DNA of 64,000 nucleotides from Podarcis tiliguerta (lineage: Eukaryota): the NCBI GenBank assembly GCA_965153285.1, contig OZ229114.1; one strand, given 5' to 3'. A model generated the notes under the pieces. The model ran no database searches and had not been told where the DNA came from. It saw only the letters and a list, made by a program, of their open reading frames with translations. A program made the translations under genes and the position numbers. Of the stretch, positions 38,211-50,200 are shown in pieces. How positions within the stretch are numbered: position 1 is the stretch's first letter; each line of letters starts with the position of its first letter.

Positions 38211-40730
38211 AGTACTATGGGAAGCCCACAAGCAGCCCTCTCCTGCTGTAGTTTCCCAGTGGCTGGTAATTCATAGACAGCACATAGGCATTGTGGACTT
38301 CTGCATACTGCACTTCTCCAGTTCTGGTTCAAGCAGACAAGAGGGACTCTTGGCTGCAGAGGTGCCAACTTGCACCCAAGATTGAGAGGGCCCAGCATGC
38401 ATCACATGTGTGTGATGTCATGCGTGCAATGTGCGACATGTTCGATGTCACATCATTGGGAGGAGGCCGAAAGTGGAGCCCAGGATGAGGTGGCTTCAGT
38501 GGCCGGTGGCTCCTCATCTCTCATGCTCAGGAGGAACCAACCTCTGAAGCTGTGTCAAACTCAGCTCCACGTCCGGCCTCCTCAGCTCCCTTCCAACAAA
38601 TATTGAGGGGGCTGAAGACACTTCAGCCCCATGGAGTTGGTGTGCCAGCTTGGCTGGAAACTCCTCGTCCCAGGTCTGGATTTGGGTGATGCCTCAGTGA
38701 TCAAGGACTCAGCTACATTATAACACTGTGATACCAGATGGTGCTGTGGAGTTCTGTCTTTCAGCAACATGATTTCCTATTATGAAGTTTACAACACGTT
38801 TTCCTGAAGCATTTTTTTGAAGTGTCTAGATCCAGCCCAAGTCTGGCTCTGACAAAAATATAAAAGTCAGCAGCTATTAGAAGATCCCTTCACACCTATT
38901 TAGTTGTTGATCTCCTTCACAACAGAACTCAGTGGTTGACTGAAGACTTTAAAAAGCTTATTTCCTGGAAAAGTAAAAACCATTCCTTGTTATATATTTT
39001 TAAAAAACAGGTAATTTGAAGCTTGTGGCTGGCTCAACATATTTATGAATATATGCAAACCTGTTGTAGGACGATATTGCCAACTTTGGATTATGTAGAC
39101 CCACTGTGCCACGATTCTTATCTCTGATACAGGAAGGTTTTTTGAGGGGTAGGGAGATGTTTTTTGTTCAAAGATAGTTTAATGAAAATCCCAAAGCTTG
39201 AAATTGTGTTCAATCATGGGGAGCAAAGTATATCTATCATCAGTGTCAGGTAATGGGATGCTGGATTTGACAGGCAACGGGTCCCAAATTTCCTGTGACA
39301 TAGTGCATAAATACAGAGCATGTTTTGTATGAGATCTAAAAGCAAATACTTATTTCTAAACTGTAGGTTTGCTTGGGAATCTGACATTTCATAGCTCTGC
39401 ATTAGAGATTTAGTCTCTTTTTTTGTATCATACACTTTTCCAGATTCAACACTTCCAAACTTCCCTGCAGATCAGAACACAACTCCCACTTGGATTGCTC
39501 ACAACTCCAGATTTTGCAGTGGCAGCATTGCATAAAAAATACATACATGTAAAAGCTGTGTAATAAGTGCAGCACAAATCAGAACAAAATGCACCCTTTG
39601 GAACGTAATTTCATGCCACACAAAACATCTATAATCAAATGCTAGTAAAATCCATAATGGGACAGAATTAGCTGCTGTGTCCATCCCTGCTCTGTATCTG
39701 TTTCATCAACATTATAAAATCCACAAATAAAAAATTGCATTTGTGTGTGTGTGTGTGTGCTAGCTTTTTATGGGCCAGTTCAAGGCCACTGTTCTCCTTT
39801 CATGTGCTTCAGACCAAACTTGGAGCAGATAGCCATAGAACTCATGGACACCTTATTGAGTGCAGGGTGATCAGATCATGAGACATCAAGTCTCTGAACC
39901 AGCTTCTCAAATCAGGTATTAAGTCATTAGTCCACTGACATTCTAGGGAGGAAAATGTTAGCAAGGACCATGTTCCTTTGAACCTTTTCAATCCTGACTG
40001 TGCCACTTGCTGAAGCCTCACCTGTATCTTCTTTTTACATTTTCATTCTCTCAGATGATCACAAGGGTAGTTTGGAGGTGCGATGCTGAGCACTGTTGGC
40101 TCTGAACCTTCATAATACACGGGGACACAGTCTTGGAAATCAAACCCATTTTTGACCCATACTAAATTGACTTGTAATCAGAGGGAATGATGACTCTGCA
40201 GCAATCTTTTCCCACCAGCATTTAAAAGAAATTTTCTTCTTTAAAAAACCAGCAGAGAATTTGAACTTTTCGCTCAGTAGGTCAAGATATTAAAAAGGTA
40301 AAGGATGGAAATAAGAGTCATGGAGGGTAAAGGTTACAGAGATTATAGAAAGGTAATTTGAGATTTTTAAAAAATGCCTTATCTATAAAATACATTGTCA
40401 CTTTTAATCTGACAAAACTCTGCCCTTTTCCTGATCCAGCAGTCTCTGGTTTCAAGACATAATGTGATGTTTAAAACTATTTGTTGGCATCATTGTAAGG
40501 TTAAGCTTATACAGCATGCCACTTTCCTAAGGTTTATGTGACAACACAGGTTAATTAAAATAAGGACTTTTTTGAGCAGGAACTCACTGGAACTCAGTTC
40601 TTGCAGCTCTCAGGTGGGTGCCATTGCCATTATAAGTGAACATGGGAGACGTTCATGGCAAGTTCTGGCACCTCTTTTTCTAGAAAAATAGCACTGATTA
40701 AAACTAAGCATTTTTTGGTATAGTGTATGA

Positions 40731-41063
40731 CAGGGGTCGGCAAAGTTTTTGTGGCTTGGGCCAGTTCACAGTCCCACAGACGCTGCAGTGGGCCGGAGTG
40801 CACATGCACGCATGCGCAAACGCTATTTCTGGCACTCCTTCCGGCGTGGAGGAGGCGTGTGCAGCTTCCCATTGGCTGCAGGAGCTTCCGGCCAGTGTTG
40901 CGGAAGGCTGTCCCTGCTCTACTCCGCTTCAGTTTAGCGTGGCGCACGGGAGCTGACCGAGCGGGTGGCAGGGGTCCTCAAGTGGGCAGTGGGGGTCCAT
41001 GGGCCGGTTAAACGACCCCCATGGGCCGCTTGTGGCCCATGGGCTTTAGGTTGCCGACCCCTG
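40731..41063. mobile_element. hAT (Charlie-like) MITE
   Basis: TIRs CAGGGGTCGGCAA / TTGCCGACCCCTG. 8-bp TSD GTGTATGA / GTATATGA. CpG-rich interior, consistent with a young copy. Confidence 0.92.
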
Positions 41064-43544
41064 GTATATGATAATCCTACATTTTACGGCAGAGATGGAG
41101 AACTTATGGCTTTCCAAATATTGCTGGACACCTCCCATCATCCCTCTGAGAAGTTGGTAGCCAAGAAATTCCCTGGTTACTTCAAGTCAATATGTAAAAT
41201 TCATCTCCCTGCTTGTTGCAGCATTTGGCCCAAGTGGTTATCATGTCACAGTGCTTCAGGGACACAAGCCAAAATCAGCAAAGTCTAGACCAGGGAGTAG
41301 AAAACTTGAGACTCTCTGGAAGTTTTTAGCCTCTCCATTTCTCATAAGCTCCGGCTAACATGACAGGATGATGGGTACTGTAGCTCAACAACATCTGGAA
41401 TGTCCCCAGCCTTGAGTTTGACTAAGCATTTCTATGCATCCTTGTGTCCATCAGCTAGTTATTCTACCTAGCTTCTTCCAAGAGAGTGAAGTGAGGCATC
41501 CTCCATTAGCTCAGGTAAGGCCAACTGCTATTTTGCTCCTCCCCTCCCCAAACCACCTTCATCAGCTGCCATCATACCTGGATGAGGCAGATGGAGAAAT
41601 GACACAGCAAGAAGCCTTCAGAGCAACTGCCATTTGGCTCCTCCCCCTCGTAGAACTGTCTCCCACAACAAGCATTCCATTTGGCCGTTATGGGACTTCA
41701 TGATGCGTAATCCTATGAAAGCACTGACACCTGCATAAGCTTAGTTTCCTTCTTCCTCTCATCAAATTCCCATTTGTATCCCGTCTTCCGAGACTGCAGG
41801 TCATTATTATAAAACATAAAACACCTTGATTGCTTGGCAGAGTGGTGGCATATCAGTGTAGGAAATAAATACGCATGTTTGGAATTAGCTGAAACGCTCA
41901 CGCCAGATGAGTCAAATTGGTGTTAGAGATTTCACCACAACGAGCACAATACAATATAGATATAATGCTGACTATCCTCTACCTCCTATGTTAGTTTCTA
42001 AATCAGGAGCTTTTGAGCAGGCTGACAGTTAATAACAGCTTAGAGCGAATCCCTGGGCTGCTGACCTGCTTTGGTCTGTTCTGTTTCCTTGCCAGCAGCT
42101 TGAGCAAAGAGAGTAGTTCAGTTGTTGGGCCTGGAGCTGAGAGGATTCTCTGCTAATCCTTTCCAGCCTGGTGGGTTCACACCTCAGAATTACAGCAGCA
42201 ATATGTCATCTCTCCATGTCAGTAGACATTCAGGTCTAAATAGACCCCCTTGGGCACTTGGCAAACTCGTCCCTGCCACAAAGGGCAAGGATTTGCAGAA
42301 CTGGATGAGCTGGAAGGAAGCTGCAGCAGCGTTGGGTGATAATAGCGCGGACTAGGTAGATATAACCCATCGCCATTTGCATATTTTGTCAGTGAACTGA
42401 ATATAACCATCTGTGAAAGAAGATGGCTTCCAACAGGTGAAATGAAACAACTGTCACGTTGAGGGAGGACTCAAGATAATGCCTTTGGAACACCAAGGCA
42501 ATATGCTTGGACAGAACATCTGTGCCGAAGCATCTGGTACGCCTAGCTGTTTGCATTGCAGGAGTTTCGTTTAAATATGAAAGTTAAGAGAGAGCAGGAG
42601 GGTGATTTGCAGTGCCGAGCACACAGATTGCTTGATGGATGGTGTGCAGAATATTTTCCTGACAGATCAACTAAGGAAAGTTATTCAGCTTAAATTATAT
42701 TTTATCTTTGGTTTCATGCACAGTGATAGAGGAGAATCTCATTTGGTCTGCATTTTTAAGTGAACTGACCTAATTTGCAGCTCCTGGACTAATCCATGAA
42801 TTGGTACTATCTCACTTTTCTGAATTTTGCTGTATAATTTTAAGCTAAAGGGAGGAAAAAAAGATGTAGTATTGGTGAAATGAAATTTGGTACAATGTAC
42901 CAAATTTCATTAAGCATGCATGCTTTAGAATATAGTACATCTAGAAATGCTAACATTGAGATAAAATACGTATTTAAATGTGTCAAAAACATTTAAATAT
43001 GAGTTTTTGTATTTTTATTTTTTTTAAAAAAGTTCACACATTAATGCACAAATGGAATGAAACAACCTGATGAACAACTACATCTGAAATTGACATGGTC
43101 TGAAAACAGACTGATCCATCCATTCCTAACCATGACTAGCACGCAGTGACATTTGAAGAGAATTTGGCAGCTCATCTTTAGGTGAAACCTCTGAAGAATT
43201 TTTGATGAAAGCCAAATTTTCAATTAGAACTCTCAATGGGGTTTCATGCATCCCTTCTTGGCACCAGAAGAAAATTCATAGCAAGTTTAGACTCTTCTGC
43301 ATGTAAAACCGCAGAGCAGGTAAAAGACAATAGGGCTTTCAATATGTTAGCAAAAAATTATCTGGAAGCTTTCACACATCCCTAGTTATAGGGATGGACT
43401 GAGGAAGTTTCTTGAAGTCACAGAACTATTATTGTTCACACATCTCTTCTACAACAGATTGAAATGACAGAAATTCCAGTTGAAAAAATGAAACGAAAGG
43501 AAGGGAGACGTAACTTCATGTGCCATTGTCACCTGTAGAGCCCT

Positions 43545-43650
43545 GTGTGAAATCCTGGAGAGCTGCTGCCAATCAATGTACACAAGGCTGAGGTAAATAG
43601 ATCAATGGTCTTACTCAGGATAAGGCAGCTTCCTGTTTTCTTATGTTCCT
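43545..43650 (+). mobile_element. tRNA-SINE 3' half
   Basis: CCTGGAGAGCTGCTGCC...ATGGTCTTACTCAGGATAAGGCAGCTTCCT...ATGTTCCT; same family as 6895. Confidence 0.65.
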
Positions 43651-43863
43651 TCTAAACCACCAACATGAAGCATTTTTAAGGGGTGGAAACAGATTGGGAT
43701 AACATTAGAATTGTATTTATGTACCAGTGGGTACAAACATTCCAGAGATTGCTGGATTCCTGTCTTTAGGAACATACCCTCCTGCTGAATCGGATCAGGG
43801 ATCAGGGATCCTTCCATATTTGTCTTGTCTATACAGGCAATCCCCGTTTTGCGTGGGGGTTAT

Positions 43864-44274
43864 TGTCAGGGAACTGCCATCAACCCAGAGGCGAGAGATG
43901 GAAGGGCAGTTGTGTTATAGGAAGCCTCCGAAAGTCCTGCGAAGTGGAGAAGAGGCACAGGGAACAGGGAATGCTAGGGAGAGCCTCAACACCGAGCCTG
44001 AGCAAACCGGAAAGGCGGGAAGTACGCCCCTGCCAGCGCCCATTCTGCGCAGTAGGCTTCGGCGCAGGGAGGGGCGGAAAAGGTTGGTGGTGATGCGACT
44101 TTTATGCTGGGGGAGGTACAAAGACTGACCACTCCCAGATTCTGCTAGCGATTGAGCCAGACATGAACTTAGGATGCTCTTCACTGTAAATAGTTTGCAC
44201 CAAGAATAAAGCCTGGAAAAGACAGGTCAGAGTCTTGCCTGTTTACTCTCGAGCAACCACACCAGAACCTGACA
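43864..44274 (+). mobile_element. Solo LTR (411 bp)
   Basis: TGTCAGG...CCTGACA termini. Perfect 5-bp TSD GTTAT (43859-63 and 44275-79). AATAAA at 44205. CpGs are retained. Confidence 0.88.
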
Positions 44275-44355
44275 GTTATGTTCTGGACCCCAATGTGCAT
44301 CGGCGGAATGCACGTAAGCCCGCTCTGCCACACCTCCCCTTGCTGACCAAAAAAG

Positions 44356-44656
44356 ATTCCATTGAGCACATGGATTGATAAAATGGACAGATTAGCTACA
44401 TATGAATGAATTGAATGTTGACGCAAAATAAGAATGGATAAATATGAAGACATCTGGGACAAATATTTAAGCGATAAGGCGGATAGTGGTGGGAAGTAGG
44501 GGGAGGAGAGAGAGGTGGGAAAATATTGTTAAAAAGGTGTAGTCATAGGTATATCAGTGAATTCAATTTCAAATTATTGTTATTATGGTTTTTGTTGTAT
44601 GTGTCTTTTGCGGTTGTTGTTTGTATCAAAAAAATGATTAAATAAATTTTTAAAAA
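44356..44656 (+). mobile_element. L1/Tx1-type LINE extreme 3' fragment
   Basis: Reads IPLSTWIDKMDRLATYE*IEC*RKIRMDKYEDIWDKYL (L1-like ORF2 C-terminus; the stops fit CGA>TGA decay). G-rich 3' UTR tract and an A-rich tail. Confidence 0.65.
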
Positions 44657-45559
44657 CCCCTCCCCTTGCTGACCCTTAATACCCTTTTCCGAACCTTTTC
44701 ATCACATCTTTACAACATTTTGGGCTACTTCCAGGCTTGGTGCTGGGCATGCATGGCGATTGCGTGTCACTCAGATGCGCCTCAGTCAGTTGTTGCCTGT
44801 ACTGACAGACAGAAACTCTCCAGGGTTTCAGACAAGGGTCTTTTCTAGCTTTGCCTGGTGATGCCAGGGACTTAGCCTTGTTTTATACAAAGCCTGTGTT
44901 CTTCTACTGACCTACACCTCTTTTCCTTTTCAGAACATTTCCACAGAGCAATTCCATTCATAGGAAGAGCTACTGCACCTCTTTGTTTTCAATTTAAACT
45001 AGTTCTACTCTGCATAGCACTACAACAACTCCACGAGATACAAAAAATTATTACTTTAAATTACAATGTATTCAGAAGGTGTTTTTTAAATCTTTGTGTC
45101 ATCTCTGCTTGGGGGAGTTTGGCCGGGGAGTTCTAGAGAGAACATGAGCTACTAACTCGGTGGAGCATGGAGTGCAAAAGAGATGAATCCTTCTCTTCTT
45201 AATAGTACAACAGGAGTGGGCTATGAAGCACATTATTTACTTCAGTGGTCCCATTACTGTATGCCTCATTACATCTGAAGACTGAACTAGCATTTTGAAT
45301 GTTCCGGCAACAGTGGGAACGCTCGCTTCCATGCCAGTGTATTATTGCCGGTCATCATAAATAACAGCTTTCCCAATTTCCCAATATTGATTCATCCATC
45401 TGTGTATGAAAGGGAGAAAGGCAGCAAAAATAACACAAACAGCAAAGAGAGCATCTCCCCCTCATAGCACAGTTCTTATAAGGGGCTGTCCTTGGGACAT
45501 GTTCTGCCAAAGGTTTTGGCTTCCAAATGTAGTAGTTCTTTTGGATTCAGACAGCCATT

Positions 45560-45688
45560 GGGATAGCTCAGTCAGTTAGAGCATGGTGCTGATAATGCTA
45601 AGGTTGCATGTTCGATCCCCTTGTAGGACAGCTGCATATTCCTGCAAGACAGGGGTTGGACTAGATTGCTGCCGGGGTCCCTTCCAAC
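45560..45688 (+). mobile_element. tRNA-Ile-derived SINE with a CR1-type 3' end
   Basis: Head TAGCTCAGTCAGTTAGAGCATGGTGCTGATAATGCTAAGGTTGCATGTTCGATCCCC (A and B boxes, Ile-type anticodon arm). Tail CAGGGGTTGGACTAGAT...GGTCCCTTCCAAC matches the CR1 3' UTR at 52143-52190. Confidence 0.85.
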
Positions 45689-45693
45689 GCTGC

Positions 45694-45788
45694 AGTTCCA
45701 CAGGGTGGGCGCCACTACCGAGAAGGCCCCTCTGCCTGGTTCCCTGTAACCTCACTTCTCGCAGTGAGGGAACTGCCAGAAGGCCCTC
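45694..45788 (-). mobile_element. L2 LINE internal 3' fragment
   Basis: Reverse complement of the segment at ~37925-38015 (AFSVVAPTLWN). Confidence 0.85.
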
Positions 45789-47948
45789 TGGAGTGGTGGA
45801 AAGGGATATCCTGGTTTGTGAACCATGTAAGAAGAAAGAAAGAAAAAAGCCTGTGTATCAGAGGTAGGATGATCACAGAAACCAATAAACCACTTAATCC
45901 TCTGGAAACCAAAACAGCAGACATCTCCTTAAAATTTTGATGCAGGAATATAGTACTGCATGGAGCTTGACTGTTTTATACATATTATACATATATGGGG
46001 GGGGGGGTTGGCATATAGCCAGGCTTTAAAATCAAAACAGCAATACCACATAAGTGGCTTGGACATAAGGGGTCTTGAATACAAAAGGAGACAAAGCTTG
46101 AACAAGTTGCCCCATCCCATTTAGATAAACTTTTGAGGAGATAGGGGAAACCCAAGCAATAGAACTACAGAGACAGTACCTGAAGTCCTAACTCATTTTA
46201 TCCTGCTGTACTAAAAAATGTGATATGGTGAAACTATTGGGTTGTAGCTTTCCTCTCTCTATGTTAAGTCAAATACACAATGAGAAGAAAGTGTTACAAG
46301 AGAACTGACTGCAAAGTTATTTACTGATCCTTAGAGCCCCAACGAAATTTCAAATGCATTCAAAATTCAGCAAAGTTTCAGAAATAATCTGACACATAGA
46401 ACTGCAAACGTTTTCACATTTTCAAAATTCCTTTTTGAAACTCAACCTCAAGAGTTATATATTTTTAAAATTGAACTGTAGTGGTGTGATGGATCTACCA
46501 ACTCTCTTTTAAAACATTCATTTCTAATAGAATACCTTTTAATTATATCAGCAATACATCACTGAGAATGTGTTGTGGGGAGCATGACAGAATTAAATTT
46601 CAGCAAGAAAACTCAGGCTAGGAGAATTTGATTGAGAATTTTTTGCCCCTCAAATTCCTTTTAGCTCTTGCACTGTTCTTGACTCAAGGCACAACAGACA
46701 ATCAAAACTAGCTGTCCACATACAGAGATAACTCCATGCTCTTCCCTGATTTAATTTAATTCCCTGGTGTAATGTAATACAAAATACAGGTAACAGCAAA
46801 GCTCTGTTCTGTGTATTTATCTGGCACTAGACTGAAAATACTGGAAAAATAAGCCAACATTTATTAGGCTACACAACTGTATTTTGTACAGCTGTTCATA
46901 TTGCTCATAATAAAATTGTCTTTTGACATCTGTTTCTTCTCCTATCCTTTCATGTAGCCATATGACAGTGCATAGGTTATGCTAGGGCAACTGGTCTGCT
47001 CCTAAAGATGTACAGGCAGAGTTTGCTTTCTGTTAAACACCATTAGATGAACACTGTCACTTTCCCCCTGCCTTAAGAGCTGATAGCAGTGTGTGACCTA
47101 TTCCACAATGTTCAAGTTGTGTTTAGAGATTCATGCCAGAAATTTCTGTGCCTCAGTGCTTATGTGACTTGCCCCAAACAAATGCATCAGAACAGCAACA
47201 TGATTCTGACATGTCCATGTGCTGTCTGTATGGGGGAACCCATCTCCCAATCTTTTCTACACACCAGTGAAATTGCTGTGGGATAAGTATTGCCAGTTAT
47301 TAAAACAATTGCAACAAAAAACATTGAAATGCAAATTCCCTCTGAGGAAGCGGAGCGCCTAGTATCAGCCAGTAAATAAACCACAATGACTTTCATTGTT
47401 ATGCTAGCTTAGTGCTCTCTGTGGGAAAAGTAAAGTCCACTATAATTCAAGGAAATAGAGTATTAAAAATAACTATTTGTATAGAAAATGGATGCCCTGG
47501 GTGCACTTTCCCAATAACATATTGTGCAAAACTTGGATCCCGACAGATCCAGTTTTTCATCCCAAATTGCACTGCTGAAACATCCATGCATTTTGGCGTT
47601 CTTTGCAAATGTTTACAGAATCAATACACAACTAGATTATAATTTCTCTCCCTTCCTCCTTTTTTCCTGTATATCAGCATGTATCTTTAAAATTGTGCCT
47701 TGATAGTTATTGGTTTTAGGTTCTTTGTTTTTTCTTTGCACTGATAGAGAAAACACTGTAATAAACAGTAGGTGAAATGTGCATAAGGCTGAGAAAATAA
47801 ACTTTAGTGTAAAAGTGTCAGTGTAAGAAACAGCCCATGATATTCTGTCAGAGATTTCAGAGTCATGGTTAAGTAGTGACTAGCACCTGAAAGCAAACCA
47901 GCTGTTTGAAATGTAACAGTGTAATTCTGGACTGTGTACTCTTAAACA

Positions 47949-48389
47949 GACATGCATCACCCAAGTCTGCCCAGAAGGAAATTCCATCAAGTACAATGGG
48001 ATTTACTCCCAGGAAAGTGTGTATAGGATTGCTGCCTTACTCTCAAGCAAGCCCAATTGAACCCAGTGGTAGTCACTTCCAAATTAAAAATAAATAAATC
48101 ACCTAGTGGGTTAGGCTGCAAGGGCACATTTTTGCATTGCTCTGATGTTGCTACCAACCCCTTCACCCTGATGGGGCTCTAGGGAATAAAAGCAATGCTT
48201 GTCATCTGATAACTACAGTTCCAACAGTGTGGTCCAAAATAATGTGAAAATGAAGTCCCGGTCACATATTCAGAATGATTTTCAAAACAAACTGAAATGT
48301 GTAAAGCAATCCTATACACACTTTCATGGGAGTAAATCCCATTGTACTTGATGGAATTTCCTTCTGGGCAGACTTGGGTGATGCATGTC
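47949..48389. repeat. Near-perfect inverted repeat: 85-bp arms (47949-48033 and 48305-48389) with a 271-bp spacer
   Basis: Manual alignment gives 84/85 identity in reverse complement. Confidence 0.95.
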
Positions 48390-48436
48390 ACCCATGACAC
48401 AATCATTTTTGTCATACCAACTTAAGAATACATTAT

Positions 48437-48883
48437 TCCAGACGTTTTTAACCTTTTTGAGTCCACAGCTCCCTTGACCAGCTACATTCTTTCTGTGGCT
48501 CTCCTGTGGGGAAACGTACTCCAAACTTCAGAAGCCCAGTTATGTCACCCCCTTGCCTGCAAAGCCGGCAGCCCCTCATCCCTTTTCAAACATCCTCCCT
48601 TGTGGAGTGTTCACTCAGCCTCCTCTCCTCTTTCCACGGTCGCCTCAGCTCCTGGCAACCAGCACCCCCTGACCAGCCCAGAGGCACCATTCACTAGGGA
48701 AGCTTGTAGCCAGGATTGCTGCAACAAACGGCCGTGCAAGCCTTTGAGAAGCAGAGGGGCAAGATGGTATCAGAGGAGGGAGGAAAGGAAAGTGGGACAG
48801 AGGCCAGTGTTGCCTGCAGTAACCCTGACCATCATTCAAAGCACCCCAGGGTGCCACGGTACACTGTGACCGTGAAAACCACT
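48437..48883. mobile_element. Degenerate hAT-Charlie-like MITE
   Basis: Termini resemble CAG.GTTTTTAACCTTTT / GAAAACCACT. TSD not clear. Confidence 0.5.
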
Positions 48884-49964
48884 ACATTATTCAGTGAATG
48901 TCTTTGAAGTAAGAATTATGGACAAGCACTTCCTCCATGCCTGTTATGAATGGGAAAGGAAGGTCACTGTGTGGCCCAAGGAACCTTTATGAAGCCAAGA
49001 ACAGAGTCTTTGTCAGATCCTTCTAACATGCTATTGCAGAGTTGCTCCAGTGTCTAAGTTTCCAAGACCTTTACCCTCCACGTCCCTTGCTTCAGAGATT
49101 GGGCCATTAGTAAAGTCTTCAGCTGAAGAGATTTTCCTCTTTGCTGATGACCTGCTTGCTGTGAGGTTTTGTGGAGGTACAGATGTTCATTCTCAAAAAA
49201 AGGGGAAGTCCATTTTTGACTTCTTGAAAAACTATAGTCTATTGATATTGTAATTGTTTGGGTTACTTGGGAGACTTGGTGGTGCCAATAGCCTACAGAA
49301 TTTCTGAGAGATTTGAACCAGTGGGAGTACCAGGTTTTCTGCAGACCTTTTCCCCATTGTTCATTGCCACTGACCTTTGCCCTGTGAGAGATACTTAGAA
49401 AAGAAGGGTAAAAATCCATAGTATCTATGTTAATTTTGATCAGTAGGTTGGACAGTTGTAACTTTAGCTCACCATTCTGAAGTGAGTCAGATATTCAACT
49501 ACAGTGAATGACAGGATTTGTTCTACAAAATCCACAATTAGGTGCCATACAATGTGAATTAGTGCTGTGCCTATCCTCCAGTTTCTTGAAAGTTTTCTTC
49601 CTCTGTAAAATGTATTCCCCTTTTTTTGTCTTATTCTCATAGCACTTGAGAATTTCTTTAGAATTTCAGTCAGTTTGAGGTTTTGAGCATAACTTATTAT
49701 TGTGAGGTGACCAAGGGTGGTGTGTTTTTTTTTTTCTTCTGGTAAACCTTTCTCTAGCATTCTGCAGCCTTCCCAGCTGCTCATGCTCCTGATCTGAAAA
49801 AGCCCTATGGGAGGAATTAACTCATGATGTCCTCCCCTGGGCTTGATTGCATGAGCAACTGGGAAGGCTACAAGAGTGATGATTTGTAGAATGAATGAAA
49901 GAACATCCGCAAACACTTGTCGGCCACCTCAAAAGTCAAGTAAAAGTGCACCAAAAACAATGTA

Positions 49965-50200
49965 CAGTGGTACCTCGGGTTAAGAACTCAATTTGTTCTG
50001 GAGGTCTGTTGTTAACCTGAAACTGTTCTTAACTTGAAGCACCACTTTAACTAATGTGGCCTCCCGCTGCACCACTGCTGCATGATTTCTGTTCTCATCC
50101 TGAAGCGAAGTTCTTAACCCAAGGTACTATTTCTGGGTTAGCGGAGTCTGTAACCTGAAGCGTCTGTAACCTGAAGTGTCTGTAACCCGAGGTACCACTG
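49965..50200 (-). mobile_element. Tigger/pogo-like MITE
   Basis: Perfect TIR CAGTGGTACCTCGGGTTA / TAACCCGAGGTACCACTG and TA TSD. Confidence 0.92.

Larger units (their letters stand above)
43834..44799. mobile_element. Tigger-like MITE hosting a solo LTR and an L1 fragment
   Basis: TA-CAGGCAA...TTGCCTG-TA termini. The left end resembles the 61368-61751 element (GTTATGTTCTG). Confidence 0.7.
43768..44915 (-). mobile_element. tRNA-SINE split by a nested Tigger/LTR/L1 stack
   Basis: Tail AGGAACATA at ~43768 running to TTGTCTA at 43831. It resumes at 44802 (CTGAC...CTCTCCAGGGTTTCAG). Confidence 0.55.

Noticed and set aside
40630-41288. Cluster of GC-rich overlapping ORFs (also 51655-52105 and 43727-44184)
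   Set aside because: They lie inside GC-rich MITEs or a solo LTR, which are poor in stop codons by composition.
43189-43220. CTGAAGA...GAAA spacing resembling a second hammerhead
   Set aside because: Helix II is only 2 bp, and there is no helix I or III and no NUH site.
45560-45632. Possible tRNA-Ile(GAT) gene
   Set aside because: The acceptor stem does not pair and the sequence continues into a CR1-type tail, so it is a SINE head.
49054-49916. Minus-strand ORFs of 121 and 150 aa with a plausible acceptor near 49383
   Set aside because: No recognisable domain, and homopolymer runs lie inside the frames. It could be non-coding exon sequence but cannot be supported as CDS.
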